Positions 42,936 through 56,221 of a DNA stretch of 64,000 bases are shown here, piece after piece. Origin of the DNA: the human T2T-CHM13v2.0 reference genome, Homo sapiens. The notes beneath the pieces are model-generated. The model was not told the DNA's origin and ran no database searches. It was given only the letters and a program-made list of their open reading frames with translations. Position 1 is the stretch's first letter, and each line of letters opens with the position of its first letter. The translations under genes and the position numbers were made by a program. The stretch lies in assembly GCF_009914755.1 (NCBI RefSeq), contig NC_060928.1; one strand, 5' to 3'.

Positions 42936-43617
42936 CCAAACACAATTTAGCTTACAAAAATTTTGCACTCAAATTGATGCCCTAGGGAAAAATCAGTCAA
43001 ACTAACAGATGCTCAGTCATTTTAGTGATCTTTTAGAATATTGGAATTTAACAGCAGTTTATTGTCATCACCAATAACAACAAAAATGATGAGACTCAAG
43101 GTCTGGTCTTTAAGACAAAATTATTCCTACTACATTATCCATAATATGACAATTGCAAAAAAATAAATTGTCAAGACTAAGTAAGAAATGTTTTCTAATA
43201 AAGGTAGCTATTGTGTTAAATGAGATTAATGGGGCTTTGAATTTTAGAAACATTGAATTAAATAGCAGGTGATGAAAAATAATTATCCTAATTAAGCAGA
43301 AAAAAAAAATAAAAGCACACACAATGGTCTTCTTTACTCCTGAAATGCCCTGATGCGTAGCACTAAAATCCTCATGTGATTTCTATGCTACCTTCTGAAA
43401 AAGCAAGAACTCTGCTTAATTCTCTATATAACATCAAATAATAGTTTCTCCCTGATTAGTCTCTTCAATTTTGCAACCAAAGAAAGATATAAGTGAAGAT
43501 AAAATTCCCTAATGATAAGAAGTGGACATTTAAGAAGAAAGATTGTATAAAGGCACATCAATTTCAGAGAAATCAAATATGTGGGCTTGGGAATGGGTCT
43601 CTAACTCATAAAATCAC

Positions 43618-43790
43618 CTCAAAAACACACATTGGGTTGCAGATTGACTGATGGTTCTGGCAGTTTTTGAGTCAGAGATTGGAGGCTATGGTGAGGGCTG
43701 GATGGCACACTTATACTCTAGATTGCCTTGAGTGAGGTCCATGAAGGATCATGTAGATGAGCTTTGCCCTACCTCTTATTTCATTCCCAT
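43618..43790 (-). pseudogene. Relic exon, FERM2 N-lobe
   Basis: ttatttcacag|AT...TTTGAG|gtgatt; reads EIRGRAKLIYMILHGPHSRQSRV*VCHPALTIASNL*...MCVFE; compare MYO15A AGRSSKRQLFLLPGGLERHLKIKTCTVALDVVEEI...YVIF. Confidence 0.65.
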
Positions 43791-44488
43791 CTGTGAAATA
43801 ACTGAAACCCCTTCTGAGGACCTCAACAGAATCGGAATGTTAGAAAAAGTGCTTTTGGGTAGATTTCCAAGGTAAATAAAGATGTCTGACCATTAACTAG
43901 ACATGGTATATATTTTATTCTGATATCTAACCTTTTATTGTAGTTAATACATGTTAAATAGCCTTAGAAACATTTTTTTCCTGAGAAGATAACTAAAATT
44001 TTCTAGGTGTTGTGCATCCCAGGTACTCTGTTAAGTGCTTTCACATTTGACGTGTTATCCAATTTAGTCTTCATAACCCTGTAGGGTGGGTTTTTCACTT
44101 TTATTTTACAGGTGGAAAACCCAAGTCTCAGAGAAGGGCAAAAAATAGAAGATTGATAATAATTTCTTAAGATAGACTACGAATAAGGCATGAGCAGATT
44201 ATCACCAACATCTATAAAGGCAGTCATTTCAAATACAACTAAAAGATTTTTCATTTTTCACAAGATCATGACTAATAGAAAGTATCCTTTCTAAGTAGCA
44301 GGCTGTTCAGTTCAGAGTAAAGACTGTCACAGCTTTCAGCATCTACTGACGACAGTTCCCATGATTCAATTTCTTAGATCTCTCTGTACTTCTTAGAGGG
44401 TAAAGGCTCTATGCCCGGGTAGACTGTCTGGATTTGAATCCTATCTGTACACTGGAGGTAAATCCTAGTGAAAGACTGGCTTAATTAC

Positions 44489-44587
44489 CTAAGGAAAATT
44501 ACTCAACACTGGAGTTTGTAGTAGGCCATTAAAAGGCAAACAGGATGATATCCACGTTGGTAAGTTTAACTAGAGCCCGACATCATT
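44489..44587 (-). pseudogene. Relic exon, end of MyTH4-2
   Basis: cttttcattttgcag|AAT...TAG|gtaatt; 99 nt; LPFNGLLQTP; compare MYO15A LRFGGRLELP. Confidence 0.55.
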
Positions 44588-44781
44588 CTGCAAAATGAAA
44601 AGTGATCCATGTGCATACAGCTGCTCATAAAAGGACTCTCGGGGACTAGATAGACCATTGTCACAGCTTCTTCACCCAGGCAGCATACAGTGTCTCTCAG
44701 TGGCAGTCAGTGCTCTTCAGAACATTGGCTGGGTTTCCAGTATGGGCCAACCCTTAATGTGTGAAGTCTTGTGAAACTGAC

Positions 44782-44932
44782 CTTGTGCGTTCTTCTATCT
44801 GTCAGCCAGGGGTCAGGGTAGAGGCAACACTGCTCTAGCATAAGTTTGTCTAGTCTCCTTCGGCTACTTCTATGGTATAAATTGTGTTTGCTTCCTACAT
44901 TTTTCAGTCTTTCTCTTTTGAATCTCAAAACT
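44782..44932 (-). pseudogene. Relic exon, MyTH4-2 core
   Basis: tttcttgatttccaaaacag|A...AAG|gtcagt; stop-free HNLYHRSSRRRLDKLMLEQCCLYPDPWL; compare MYO7A [28 protein letters not shown]. Confidence 0.65.
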
Positions 44933-44982
44933 CTGTTTTGGAAATCAAGAAAATGAAACACAGACTCTTTCTTCTTTTAGTT

Positions 44983-45287
44983 ATTTTTTTTAAGAGACAG
45001 AGTCTCACTCTGTTGCCCAGGCTGGAGTGCAGTGGCATGTTCACAGCTCATTGTAGCCTCAACCTCCTGTGCTCCAGCAATCCTCCCATCTCAGCCCCCT
45101 GACTACCTGGGACTATAGGCACACACCACCATGCCTGGCTTTTTTTTTTTTTTTTTTTTTTAATTTTTGTAGGAACAAGGTCTCTCTATGTTGCCCAAAC
45201 TGGGTCTCCAACTCCTGGCCTCAGGCAATCCTCCTACCTCAGCCTCCCAAAGTGCTAGGATTACAGGAACAAGCTACTGTGTCCACC
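44983..45287 (-). mobile_element. Alu (AluJ-type)
   Basis: Antisense dimer with an expanded T-rich linker. Confidence 0.93.
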
Positions 45288-46062
45288 CTTTTCTTTTAGT
45301 TGCCTTTATGACATTCCCACTTCTTTTTGGAGTAGCAGGGATGCGTCTGATAGCCTCGGGGAAAATAAATTGGGAAAAAGAAGGGCTCAACAAATAATGT
45401 CTCAAGATATCATCTCAGTTTGTAACTATATAAAATAGGCTGAAATGTAAGTTTCTGAGGCTAGAGTTAATTCTAATCTTATTTATATGGGCAAGAAAAA
45501 CAAAAGTGTCAGATTCACTCAATTATATACATTTTGCTTGTAGCTGCTCCCTTGCAGTTCCCTTTTTAAAAAATCTCTCCCATCATTCGTACACTCATGC
45601 ATTCCAAAAGTGCTCTGAAATGAAGGTTTTGGAATTTGCTCTGTGGTAGTAGAAACTCTAGCAATTGAAAGACAATATCATATCCTTACCTCCACTCTGA
45701 TCACAATACACACCACCACTGCCCAAAGTTTCTTCCATCTCCCACATCTGTATCAAATAATAGAAAATCTGCTTTATAAACCAAACACAGGCAAGTTCTA
45801 AATTCCAATAGACAAAATTATCTCAAATAATTAAATTCACATTATACATGTGAAGAGCGTTCATGTATATAATGGAGTGTTGGAAGTATGTCATAATGCA
45901 TAAAATATTGTTCACTGCTGTTGGGAATTACTCTACTGCTTACAAGTCATCTTCCTATACAATATTTCGTTAAACACAATAATAGCTCAATATCTCATTC
46001 AAAAGAAGTATTCCAATGGAAAAAAAAATGTTGGTGGCTTGTACTTGTTAGGGAAAGCTGAC

Positions 46063-46409
46063 CTTCTCTCTTATATTGAATGCTCACAAGAGCGAATACA
46101 CCTGACCTTTCACCCAGTAAATAAGCCACATGCCCAGCTTGGGAAAGTTGGCTGTGGGAGGTTTGCAGAATAATGTAGCCAGTCCTTTACATGCAATCAT
46201 GTCTCTAGGCATCCCTTTTATCTAGCCCAAATATTCCCATTATTTCTGTGATGTCATTCACCCAACTGGGCACCTTAATTTTTTCAACAATTTTTCCTAT
46301 TCAAGTTTCACCAGTGGAGTTGCTCCTATGGGTGACACAGCATGTGGCACACTGAACATCAAGACCTACCCATCCCATTTGCCAGCAGTGGCAGGAATGT
46401 CCGTCATAC
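46063..46409 (-). pseudogene. Relic exon(s): SH3 second half and start of MyTH4-2
   Basis: ttggcttttgcag|GT; reads GKWDG*VLMFSVPHAVSPIG, then DWLHYSANLPQP in another frame; internal boundaries uncertain. Confidence 0.45.
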
Positions 46410-46619
46410 CTGCAAAAGCCAAGTAATCAACAAGTAATTTGGGAGGACCCGCAGTCATTTAGGCAGTGTCCACTTCCATAGGCTTCCATAAAGCTAGACT
46501 TGTGAAAACTTTCCCGGAGTCTTAAAAATCTAAATTATTTAAGCAAATAATACTAAAGTAGAAAAAAAAAAGCCTGTAAATCTTTTTGTCAGAATATGGT
46601 GTCAACATGGAATCAAGCT

Positions 46620-46726
46620 TCAGGTCAAGCTAATGATTCTTGCTGAACAATAATGATTGCTCAATAATGATTGTTCAACAATAATGGTTGAACTATTGTT
46701 CAGCTAATGATTGCTGAACAATAGTT
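46620..46726. repeat. Complex direct/inverted micro-repeat with a 14-bp perfect hairpin
   Basis: aactattgttcagc-taatgatt-gctgaacaatagtt at 46691-46726, plus repeated caataatgatt and gctgaacaata units. Confidence 0.9.
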
Positions 46727-46807
46727 TACAGCACAACTATGTGGCTGATATGCCAAGACTTACTGGAGTATAAAAACACCTCCATTATTTTCCCTGTGTT
46801 ATTTTAC

Positions 46808-46890
46808 CATCTCCAGGATCAACGAAGAAAATCACACCAAGTAAGAGATGCTGGATTACAGCATTTCTACAGACATCATCTTATTGAGCC
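46808..46890 (-). pseudogene. Relic exon, SH3 first half
   Basis: ggggcttccag|G...GATG|gtaaaa; reads AQ*DDVCRNAVIQHLLLGVIFFVD, fitting the SH3 pattern A..D........L...G.iI.l; phase 1 matches the next exon. Confidence 0.5.
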
Positions 46891-47102
46891 CTGGAAGCCC
46901 CAATAACATGAGGTAGATGAGTAAAGTTTAACATATAGCACAGTTCATGTACAGATCTTAGATAATAACTGGTGATAGGAATGGTAACTGATGAGGAAAA
47001 AGATGACGAGGATATAAAGCAAAATGATAGCAAAGGAAAACACAGCATTTCTGTTCCTCTTCACTAAACCAGCCCCACTACTTCCTTTAAAACTCACTTC
47101 AA

Positions 47103-47392
47103 GGATGGGCGCGGTGGCTCATGCCTGTAATCCCAGCGCTTTGGGAGGTGGAGGCAGGTGGATCACCTGAGGTCAGGAGTTTGAGACCAGCCTGCCCAAC
47201 GTGGTGAAACCCTGTCTCTACTAAACATACAAAAATTAGCCGAGCATGGTGGTGGGTGCCTGTAATCTCAGCTACTCAGGAGGCTGAGGCAGGAGAATTG
47301 CTGGAACCTGGGAGGCAGAGTTTGCGGTGAGCCAAGATCATACCATTGCACTCCAGCCCAGGCTGACAACAGCAAGACTCCATAAAAAAAAA
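47103..47392 (+). mobile_element. Alu (AluSx-type)
   Basis: Full dimer; TSD aaaactcac(t/c)tcaa. Confidence 0.95.
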
Positions 47393-48478
47393 TTTAAAAA
47401 CTCACCTCAAACAATATACCTAAACCTAACCAACTTAGATTATTCTTTAATTGTTCATTGCCTCAGTATTCATGTATTCTATTTCTATTCCACCATTTGT
47501 ACCAGCTATTTTACTTTATAATTTTTTGAAAATTAAATCAGATCTGCATATGTTGGTTTTCTGTCTCTTAGAACAGAAGCTGTGACTAATATTTTTAATG
47601 CAATCAATTAAACCTGGCTCAGAGCTCTGTACATCTTGGATGCTGCTTAGTTATTAAATTCAACTTTATAATTATATACACATGAGCACCTATTTAATGT
47701 GAATGACAACAGGCTGGAAAATGCAAAGATAAATAAGACATAATGCCTTACCTCACATTCCTGAAACTTAATATTTAGTAGGTAAGAGTGACTTGCGCAC
47801 AGTTAACAAGAATAGATGGTAGGATGCCGTCATTGCTCATGTAATTAGCTAATCTATGCACTAATTCTAAAAACAACAACAACAAAAAAAAGTTTGCTAC
47901 GGTGATTACAAAAGAAGAGTAATTCATTTACACTTAAAAGAACAGGTAAAACTTTGAAGTGAACAAGGTGAAATGTTTTAGGAGGACAAAATGAGAGGAG
48001 AGAGCATCAGACCAAGCCTGAACAAACACATGAAATGCCAAGAGTGCAAATTTCCCTCAGGAAATATCAAGATATATGGCTGTGTACTATGCAAGTGCAG
48101 GAAAATGTAATACACGCCTGAAAGTTTAATTGGAGTCATCACAGGAGATGTTGGGGGTCATACTGAATAGTGGACTTTATTCTGTTGGCCACTATTCCCT
48201 AAACTATTTTCCAATAAATTCTAGTTTCAAGAGACTATTTTTTATTTAACAGTTGTGTGGTGAGAAATTTTGGGGAAATGGGCATACTATGCTCCCTTCT
48301 TGAGAACGTTTTATGCACGTTAGTACAGTAAAGTCTCTGAAAAGTCCAGTGGTAGAGTAATGTATTTAACTCTCAATTTCTCAAGCTCTATGATTCCTGC
48401 AATTATTTTCTCCTTCTTTGATGACATCTTTAATGCCTTGTAGATTAGGTCTTCAGGAGAATATTGAGAAAGGAGATA

Positions 48479-49046
48479 TGAAGAAACCCGTCAGGCAGGC
48501 TGTTAGGGTGATTCCTTGGTTGAATTTTTTCAAACAAAACAACAGCCTGAAAAATCAAGCTTCGTGCACAGATAAGGGAACTTGCATAGGTGGGCTTGCC
48601 TAACACATGCCCACGGCTACGCAGATAAGAAAGTCTACATGGGTAACCTGCTCAGACATGTCCACAATGGAAAATTCTATCCCTTAACACATGTGCAGTA
48701 AGGGGAACAAAGGAATAATGGAGTAACTCAAGCTAAGGGTCTGCATGTGCACTAGGAGGACAGAGTGGAGCTACACAGTTCGCACCTTATGCAAATGAGA
48801 TGCCCAGCCCTCATTGGTTTTTTATAAAAGCCTTGCATTCAACCGTAAAAATGGCAGTGACAACCCTCTTCCAGGTCCCCTCTCACAGTAGAGAGCTTTC
48901 TTCATTTACTTATTAAACTGTCGCTCCAACTTACCCTTTGTCTACAAGCTCCTTAATTCTCTTGGTCATAAGACAAAAAACTCTGGGTGAAATTCACCTC
49001 ACAATGAGGGACTGCTACATTGTGGTGCGTTGGCGAGACTGTAACA
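48479..49046 (+). mobile_element. ERV1 solo LTR (MER66-like, family uncertain)
   Basis: aacagcctgaaaaatcaagc; octamer ttatgcaaat; ATTGG; TATAAAA; attaaa; ends gactgtaaca. Confidence 0.7.
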
Positions 49047-49267
49047 ATATGGCTTGTAAAATGCGGCTCTGGGCAAAGAGGATCAATAATTTACCTGGAT
49101 GTGAGTGACAGGGTCTGGCTCATGTTTAATAAATGTTTGTAGGTTGCCCATTGAAAAAAATAAAAGGAATTTTAAGCAATGTAGAATCATTAATGTGAGA
49201 GCCTTGAAACCAAGCCACCAACAAATCATTCCTGCAAGGGGAAAGTAGGATAAGTTATTACCACTCA

Positions 49268-49600
49268 ATTTTTTATTGTGATAAAATATACGTAAGATAA
49301 AATTTGTCATTTTAACCATTTTTAAGAGTACAGTTTGGTAGCATTAAATAGATTCACATTTTTGTGCAACTATTGCAAGAATCCATCTCCAGAACTCTTT
49401 CATTATTCCAATCTGAAACTCTGTACCCATGAAACACTAACTCTCCTTTCCTCTCTCCTCCCAGGAGCTGGCAGCCACCATTCTACTTTCTGTTTCTATG
49501 AATTTGACAGAATTCAGAATTGTAGGTACTTCATGTAAGTGGATTTATACAATGTTTGCACTTCTGTGTCTGGCTTATTTCACTTACCATAATACTTTCA
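49268..49600 (-). mobile_element. L1MB-type 3' end
   Basis: ataaaatttgtcattttaaccatttttaag...catctccagaactcttt. Confidence 0.85.
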
Positions 49601-49889
49601 GGACAAGTCATTTTTAAAAGAAATTACTTAAGGTCCATGAAAGAAAATAAACAGCCACATATTATAACAGGCCCTAGTTAGAATTACTAGTAAAAAGCCA
49701 AATAATACAAATGTAAAGCACTAAATGTAAAGCACTGAGGGATATAAAGACATTAAGGCTTTCCTCAAGAAGGAAATACTCTCAAATAAAGGGCAGAAAT
49801 GGAAAGAGCTGAAGATACATCTTCCCCTGGTATGTGATTCCTTGGGAGCTGGTGTCACAGCTTGTCATTTTCTGGAGACTAATCAACAT

Positions 49890-49983
49890 CAGGCAAGGCC
49901 TTCAAAAGGCTTTGCTTATGTTTAAACATCTAGAATATGTCAGACCTCACCAAAGCCATTGAAGCTACTGCAGAAGGTCCACC
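49890..49983 (-). pseudogene. Relic exon, end of FERM1
   Basis: tatgttcttgtttag|GG; reads WTFCSSFNGFGEV*HILDV...FEGL; compare MYO7A [22 protein letters not shown]; 3' end uncertain. Confidence 0.6.
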
Positions 49984-51529
49984 CTAAACAAGAACATAGA
50001 CAGACGATCATGCTTTCATTTGTTCCAAATGGCTACCTTTCAAATCATAAACAGCAAAATGTACCCTGACTAGCACTCAAATATCAAAGGCACAAACATG
50101 ATTGTTTTGTTGCGTTGCAAAACTCTCGCAGGGAAAGGAACCAGAAAAAGTAAGTGTGCTTGTTGTAAAGAAGGAAAGCTGAGAAAAGAGGAAGCTATTA
50201 AGGTATATCTTTTTAAATATTCTCCATGTCTCCCAAAATCATGTTATCAAACACAAATCACTTCCCACCTAGGCCAATTGCAAGATTGCTCCTAGCTGGC
50301 CTCCTATCCTGATCCTAAGACCCTAATTCTCATCACCGTATTCTCCCACACCAAACCATTCTTCACAGGAGTTGCCAAATGATCTTCCCAACTAAAGCAT
50401 CACCATGGTAATTGTCCTTCTCCAAAATCTCTAATCCTCTAATGGGTCCCCGTTGCCTACCAGTTAAGTTCAACATTCACAGTCCTCCGTCATTAAACCT
50501 TTTTTGAGAGACAGATCAAACAGCTGGGAATCAGTCATGCCTTCTCTGCTTCTGGAAAACTCCTCTTAGTGCACACCATAAGTTGCCATTTGTTGTAGAC
50601 ATTTTTATTTGTAGCCTCTTGAGAAGATAGCTGAGTTAAGGGAAAAGCTGTGGAGTCTGCATGCTGTCACCATATTCTACTTCCTACCTGTGTGACCCAG
50701 GGCTAGTTGTTTAATTCTCTGTGCCTCAGTTTCCTCACCAGAAAAATAAGAAAATAACAGTGTCTGTGTCACTGGATGCACATATGGATATGTGAGTTAA
50801 TATGGATGAAGCGCTTAGAACAGTGTGGACACTGAGCAGTGCCTAACCTTGTGCTGTCTAGCACAGTATCATACAATACAATATGGACTACTCAACAATG
50901 TCTCTGGATGAAAGAATCCATTGAAATTAAAAAATAATGTGGCCAAATGGAAAGGTTCTTCTGTTGAACACAGGAAATTCTATTAAAGTTGAAAATTTCC
51001 AAACTCTTTAGGGCTCTCATTATTAATGATCAATTGTAGAAATAAAATTCTAATTGTCATTTTCTCACTTCTAATAATAAAATTCAGCCAAACGAAAGAA
51101 AAAAGAAAGAAAGAGATTGATGGGAAAGAAAGTTCAGTCATCAATAGATGTCTCTTTTGTTCATTCGCCTTCTTATGCAAACACCACCCTGCCTCTTTGC
51201 TAATCCTTCCATTACAGAATTATGAACAACACTCCTCCAAAGATCAATCATTCTGCTTCCTTACCATAAAGTCTTATTATTTCATGAAGACACAATATCC
51301 CCCTCAAACTTTTCCAGCAAGAGTGGACACACCCCAATGCATTAAACAATAAAAGTGAAATAGATTCACATACATGTTGGTGCCGAAATATAGCCAAGCC
51401 ATCACCTTCCTTTAGTCATTCCTGGCTTTTCTACTTGTTGCTGTTTACTTTTAGGTTTCCATTACGAATTTACACCAACCTCTTCCATCATGGTTTCTCT
51501 GTCCACTCACCTCCAGAACCCTCCCTCAC

Positions 51530-51640
51530 CTTTCTGGATTTTATACTGGCTTTCTCCAACCCATTCCTTGCATTTTACTCTTAGGCCTTCATTAATATGT
51601 TCAAAACTACCATTTGAACTGGGAAATACAGAAAAGTGAT
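51530..51640 (-). pseudogene. Relic exon, FERM1 C-lobe
   Basis: ctcttcttttcttactgcag|AT...AAAG|gtgagg; 111 nt, stop-free, symmetric phase 1; joins the next exon as IQKG-WTF; compare MYO7A TIKGDEYTF. Confidence 0.6.
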
Positions 51641-52470
51641 CTGCAGTAAGAAAAGAAGAGTAAAACAGATTCACTGAGGGGACTTCCTGCATCTCCACAG
51701 CACTCTAGTTCCTGATTGCCCTCTGGAGACTATGAAGAGCCCCTGCTCTTAGAGTCCCAGGAGATCCTAGTGTCCTTCCCATTTAATTCAAGTTAGTTCA
51801 AATTAAGTTTCTATTAGAACAAATCGTTTTAGGTGTTTTTTTTTAAAACATTTGTCTAAAGTCAGAAAAAGTCACAGCGCTCATGTTAATGTGGTCTTCA
51901 TTTATGGCATGAAGTAAGTTTCTTACTGTCTCTGCCTCTTTTTTTACTTAGCAAAATGAGAGACTGCATTTAATTTCTTCCCAGAGCTATGGGGAGAACA
52001 ACTAACCAATCAGCATGCAGTGTCTTGAAGAAGCGTAGTGAGCATCCCCAACACGCTGTGGCACAGTATTCTCCTATGCACACTAATGAGTACTGTAACT
52101 AGAACGCCTCTCAGTAGCTCTTTAACCTAGGGGGACAACTCCCACTAGTACTGGATTCCAACTGGACTCTGTCTCCTCTAACTCTGTGGAAAGAATCCTA
52201 GAGGGTTCATGGATTATCTGAGCAACTCAAGCTAAAGACTTGGGTGATTGAACCTAGATTGGGATGTTGAGTATTAGAGACCCAAGTAATTACATATCCA
52301 CAGGCTCAACTAACTTGGCAATCATGGTGCCAGCTAGAGTAAATAGCCTATTTTAAGTTCTTTCACCAGTCACTTTCTTCTCTCTTATGTTGTTGATGCA
52401 TCTATTTTCTAATTTTGAACCATAAAGGCTTAATTCTTAATAAGTGTATATTTATTTAGAAACATTTTAC

Positions 52471-52543
52471 AGATGGCCTAATTCTTAAATCCCTTCACTT
52501 TCTCTTAAAGAGTAAGCTTTTGTAATATTTCCATCTTGACTGT
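52471..52543 (-). pseudogene. Relic exon, FERM1 C-lobe start
   Basis: aattttattttcag|AC...CT|gtaaaa; reads KAYSLRESEGI*EL; weak similarity. Confidence 0.35.
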
Positions 52544-53152
52544 CTGAAAATAAAATTGGGGTACACCACAACTAATGCTCCTTGCATGGTCTCTCTCCAA
52601 ATTTGATTGAATGATAATCCAACCCCTTATAAAAATCCAAAGAATCCCATACAAAAAAATGAGACTCCGTTTGACTTCATAATCAACCAATCAAAATTAA
52701 GTTCCCTTTCTCTGATTTATCTTTCAAGGAGGATTTAGCAATCTTGGTAAAAGAGCCGCAAACTTAGATTACAACTGATTTGAGAGTCTCCATGTAGCTC
52801 CCAAGTAACAAAAATATATGATCTTTGGATATTCACTCTAAAAGGAAAAAATACAATGTAAAAGAATTAGGAGCCATTTCCAGAAGTCAGCAGTCACCTC
52901 AGCCGTCAGACCTCTGCTTGCTACAGGAAGTGGTAAACACAGTGTCTTGTGGTTCCTGGTGTTTGGACCTTGCCTGTAATGGTGGGAAAAGAAAATGTCA
53001 TTGCCTAGCAGTAACCGGGCTGCAGTCAGTGCTTCAATCTAGAGGCCAATTCCAATGACGTTTGTTCATCCCACCTAAGTATTCCAGTCTTTGTGATGCA
53101 TTAGAGGGTTGGTCTAACTGTAAGAGAAGCACAACTGATGTTTCTGATTCCT

Positions 53153-53276
53153 TATGCATTGCAGGCTGGACAACAGGCTGGACAACACTATTCACTAAAC
53201 AGAATAGTGAGATGTATGCATTGCAGGCTGGACAACAGGCTGGACAACACTATTCACTAAACAGAATAGTGAGACG
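53153..53276. repeat. 62-bp tandem duplication (2 copies, 1 mismatch)
   Basis: tatgcattgcaggctggacaacaggctggacaacactattcactaaacagaatagtgaga(t/c)g twice. Confidence 0.97.
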
Positions 53277-53559
53277 TCACCTGAGCCAGTCAAACCTGAA
53301 GTCAAGGCTACAGAGAAGAAAGAACTATTTGAATCAAAACCCAAATTTCAGGAGCACATCATTCAAGCCTCTAACCCAGCAGAATCAATAAAAAGGCCAA
53401 GTCCAGGTAAACCAATGACAAATTTGGAACTAAAAAGTATCTGCCTGCCTAAAACAAGCATTTGATAAACTGTCGTAAGGGAATGAATAAGATAAGAAAG
53501 AGACAGTGAAGAAATCAAGATTGGGACCTCATGTGAAAATGGAGGGTGTTCAAAGACAC

Positions 53560-53694
53560 CTCAGGGTGCATAGAATCTAGAGAAAGCCTGTGTCTATCAT
53601 TCTGGAGCACCTCTTTTCCAGGAGGAGATGAAACTCTGAAACTATTGAAAATAAAAGAAACTTCTGATTTTAGTATGTTCTTAGCCCAAGAGGA
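53560..53694 (-). pseudogene. Relic exon, FERM1 central-lobe end
   Basis: gtttcctttttgcacag|TCC; reads SSWAKNIL...GKEVLQNDRHRLSL; compare MYO7A EKWAQLAI...VKEDVVSYARFKWPL; donor uncertain. Confidence 0.6.
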
Positions 53695-53815
53695 CTGTGC
53701 AAAAAGGAAACACACGTAGAACATGGAAAAAAAATGCTGGGAACAAAGTTATTCCATGTAGACATGCCTGGCATCAGGCAAGAGGTCACAATTTCCATAG
53801 ATGCTAAAAACTCAC

Positions 53816-54341
<526 letters not shown>

Positions 54342-55574
54342 CTGCAACCAAAAGGCAAGAAAAACAAACAGAAGATACAACAGATTGAGTGACTGAGCTA
54401 TTGCTTATTTCAGAATTCTTAATAATGTGTGGCAAAGTGGTATCTTGCTGCTGTAATCTTTTGTTTTGTTGTGTTGTTGAATCTGGCATTTCAGGATCAA
54501 CATCAGGTTCTTAAAAGCCAAAGTCAGTTCACCTTTTTGTGCCTCCCATCGTTCTTTTGAGTTATGTAAGATAGATTATTCATTTCTCCTCGCTGATAGA
54601 ACCATAGTTGTGTCCTATACTTGGAGAAGCTGGAAAATAGCTCACCAACATAATTGCAGTATTTCTTAGTATAATATTATGTTAGGCAGAAAAACATTAA
54701 GGAACATTTGTTTTTGTCACATCTCTATTATCTCATAATTAGTAAGGCAAGATGAAATGTCAATTTTTAATCCTTTTTTATGGATTTGTATTCCTATAAT
54801 ATATGAAAATCTCTGAGGAAGAGATGAAGCTCTGCATTATTTTTTCTATGTGGGAGGGTTTTTATAGGAGGATTAATTCTGAGGTAGTATAGTAGGTGGT
54901 TAAAGGGAAATACATGCACTTATTAACAAATCAGAGTTTGTTTACAACTAATTGAATTTAAAAATTATATCAATACTTATATCGCTTGCCAAGCAGTATG
55001 ATTTAAGAGTATAGGAAACAAATAAGAGTACAAAGGTATCAATTTGGTTAAAATTTACCATTTTATAAGACTAAGAAATAATGTAGAAAAAAACTCTTTC
55101 CTAATTAAGTGTCTTTCGGTGGTGTTATGGCAAAACTGTAACTTTTTACAGCCTAACCTCTTGTAAAGCCTTTAATTAGTTACATGTAAAAAAAATTATC
55201 TACCTCTGGCTTATTGGATGGAAAACTATATCTATAAAATTGTAGACTTAAAGGTTCATGGAAATACATTAGGGTATCAAAAAGTGAAATGTATGAACTT
55301 TATGACAACTATGATATATTCAATAAAATAGCTTAATTGTTTTTTAAAAAAGGATTTTAATAGGGTTTGAGGTAAAACTCATGCCACTGCTAACTGATGA
55401 AGGTCGTATTCCATAAAAACCCTCCATCCTTTTTCTTATTGATGGATGGCTCCAAAAAATTCTGTCCCTCCACTTTCACTCATGTATTGTGTCCTCTGTG
55501 AGCAGCCATATTTGTTAAAGCTGAAATGTCATGATGATGGATCACAACCAGACCCTCTATTTGGGGCTAGATAC

Positions 55575-55618
55575 CTGAGCCAATCTGTCATTATGTGCAA
55601 ATTATCTTCTTGCTGGAT
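55575..55618 (-). pseudogene. Relic 44-nt exon, FERM1
   Basis: tcttatttatctctccag|AT...CAG|gtatct; reads (D)PARR*FAHNDRLAQ; phases 1 to 0 match both neighbouring exons. Confidence 0.6.
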
Positions 55619-55992
55619 CTGGAGAGATAAATAAGATGCAATTGCACATGGTTCTATATCCTGTTTTAACTAAACGAACGTATGGCCCAATAAGAATAGG
55701 GGTCAGACATCATGGGACTCAATGGAGCCTGTGATTCTGGAAGTAAGCCAGCTAAGGCCCCTCTGAGCCTGCTCCTGCTTTCCTCTGGATTTTTGTATGC
55801 ACAATGATACCTAAAAAACACTGAACACCGTTTGACTTAAATTCTATTTCATATTTGTTCACGTCATGCTTGAACTCTTAGCCTGGTCCTTATCTCTTCA
55901 AATTTGCCCGCATCTAACTCCAAAGATGATTCTTTGAGTTCATTTCAGACAATACCATTTTAGTCTCCAGCAGGAGCCCTGGGGAAACTCAC

Positions 55993-56221
55993 CATGTCTA
56001 ATTTATCTTCAGTGAATATCAAATCATATTCACCACATAAAAGTTAGGATGGCTTTATCAGTTTTATTAAAGCTGTAAATTTTCCTTTTAAAACCTGCCA
56101 AAGCCTATGCTTCTAGAATCCTCTAACAACAAATTAACTTTTTTTCCCTTCTTTCTCTGCTTAGTCCTTCAGCCAGTCTGACCAATGGGATACTCCCCAT
56201 AGAGCATGTGTGAAAATTGTC
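55993..56221 (-). pseudogene. Relic exon, FERM1 N-lobe
   Basis: ctgtcttgaattacag|GA...CATG|gtgagt; ends KAILTFMW*I*FDIH*R*IRH(D); compare MYO7A [20 protein letters not shown]. Confidence 0.55.

Noticed and set aside
46817-46840. Plus-strand 24-nt exon-like segment (ctccag|...|gtaaga)
   Set aside because: No linked plus-strand exons or protein similarity; the region is better explained by the minus-strand SH3-like exon.
53153-53276. CRISPR-like or other prokaryotic repeat system
   Set aside because: A simple two-copy tandem duplication without unique spacers, in primate DNA.
54880-54900. tgaggtagta resembling the let-7 5' end
   Set aside because: The match covers only about 10 nt and no complementary hairpin arm is evident.
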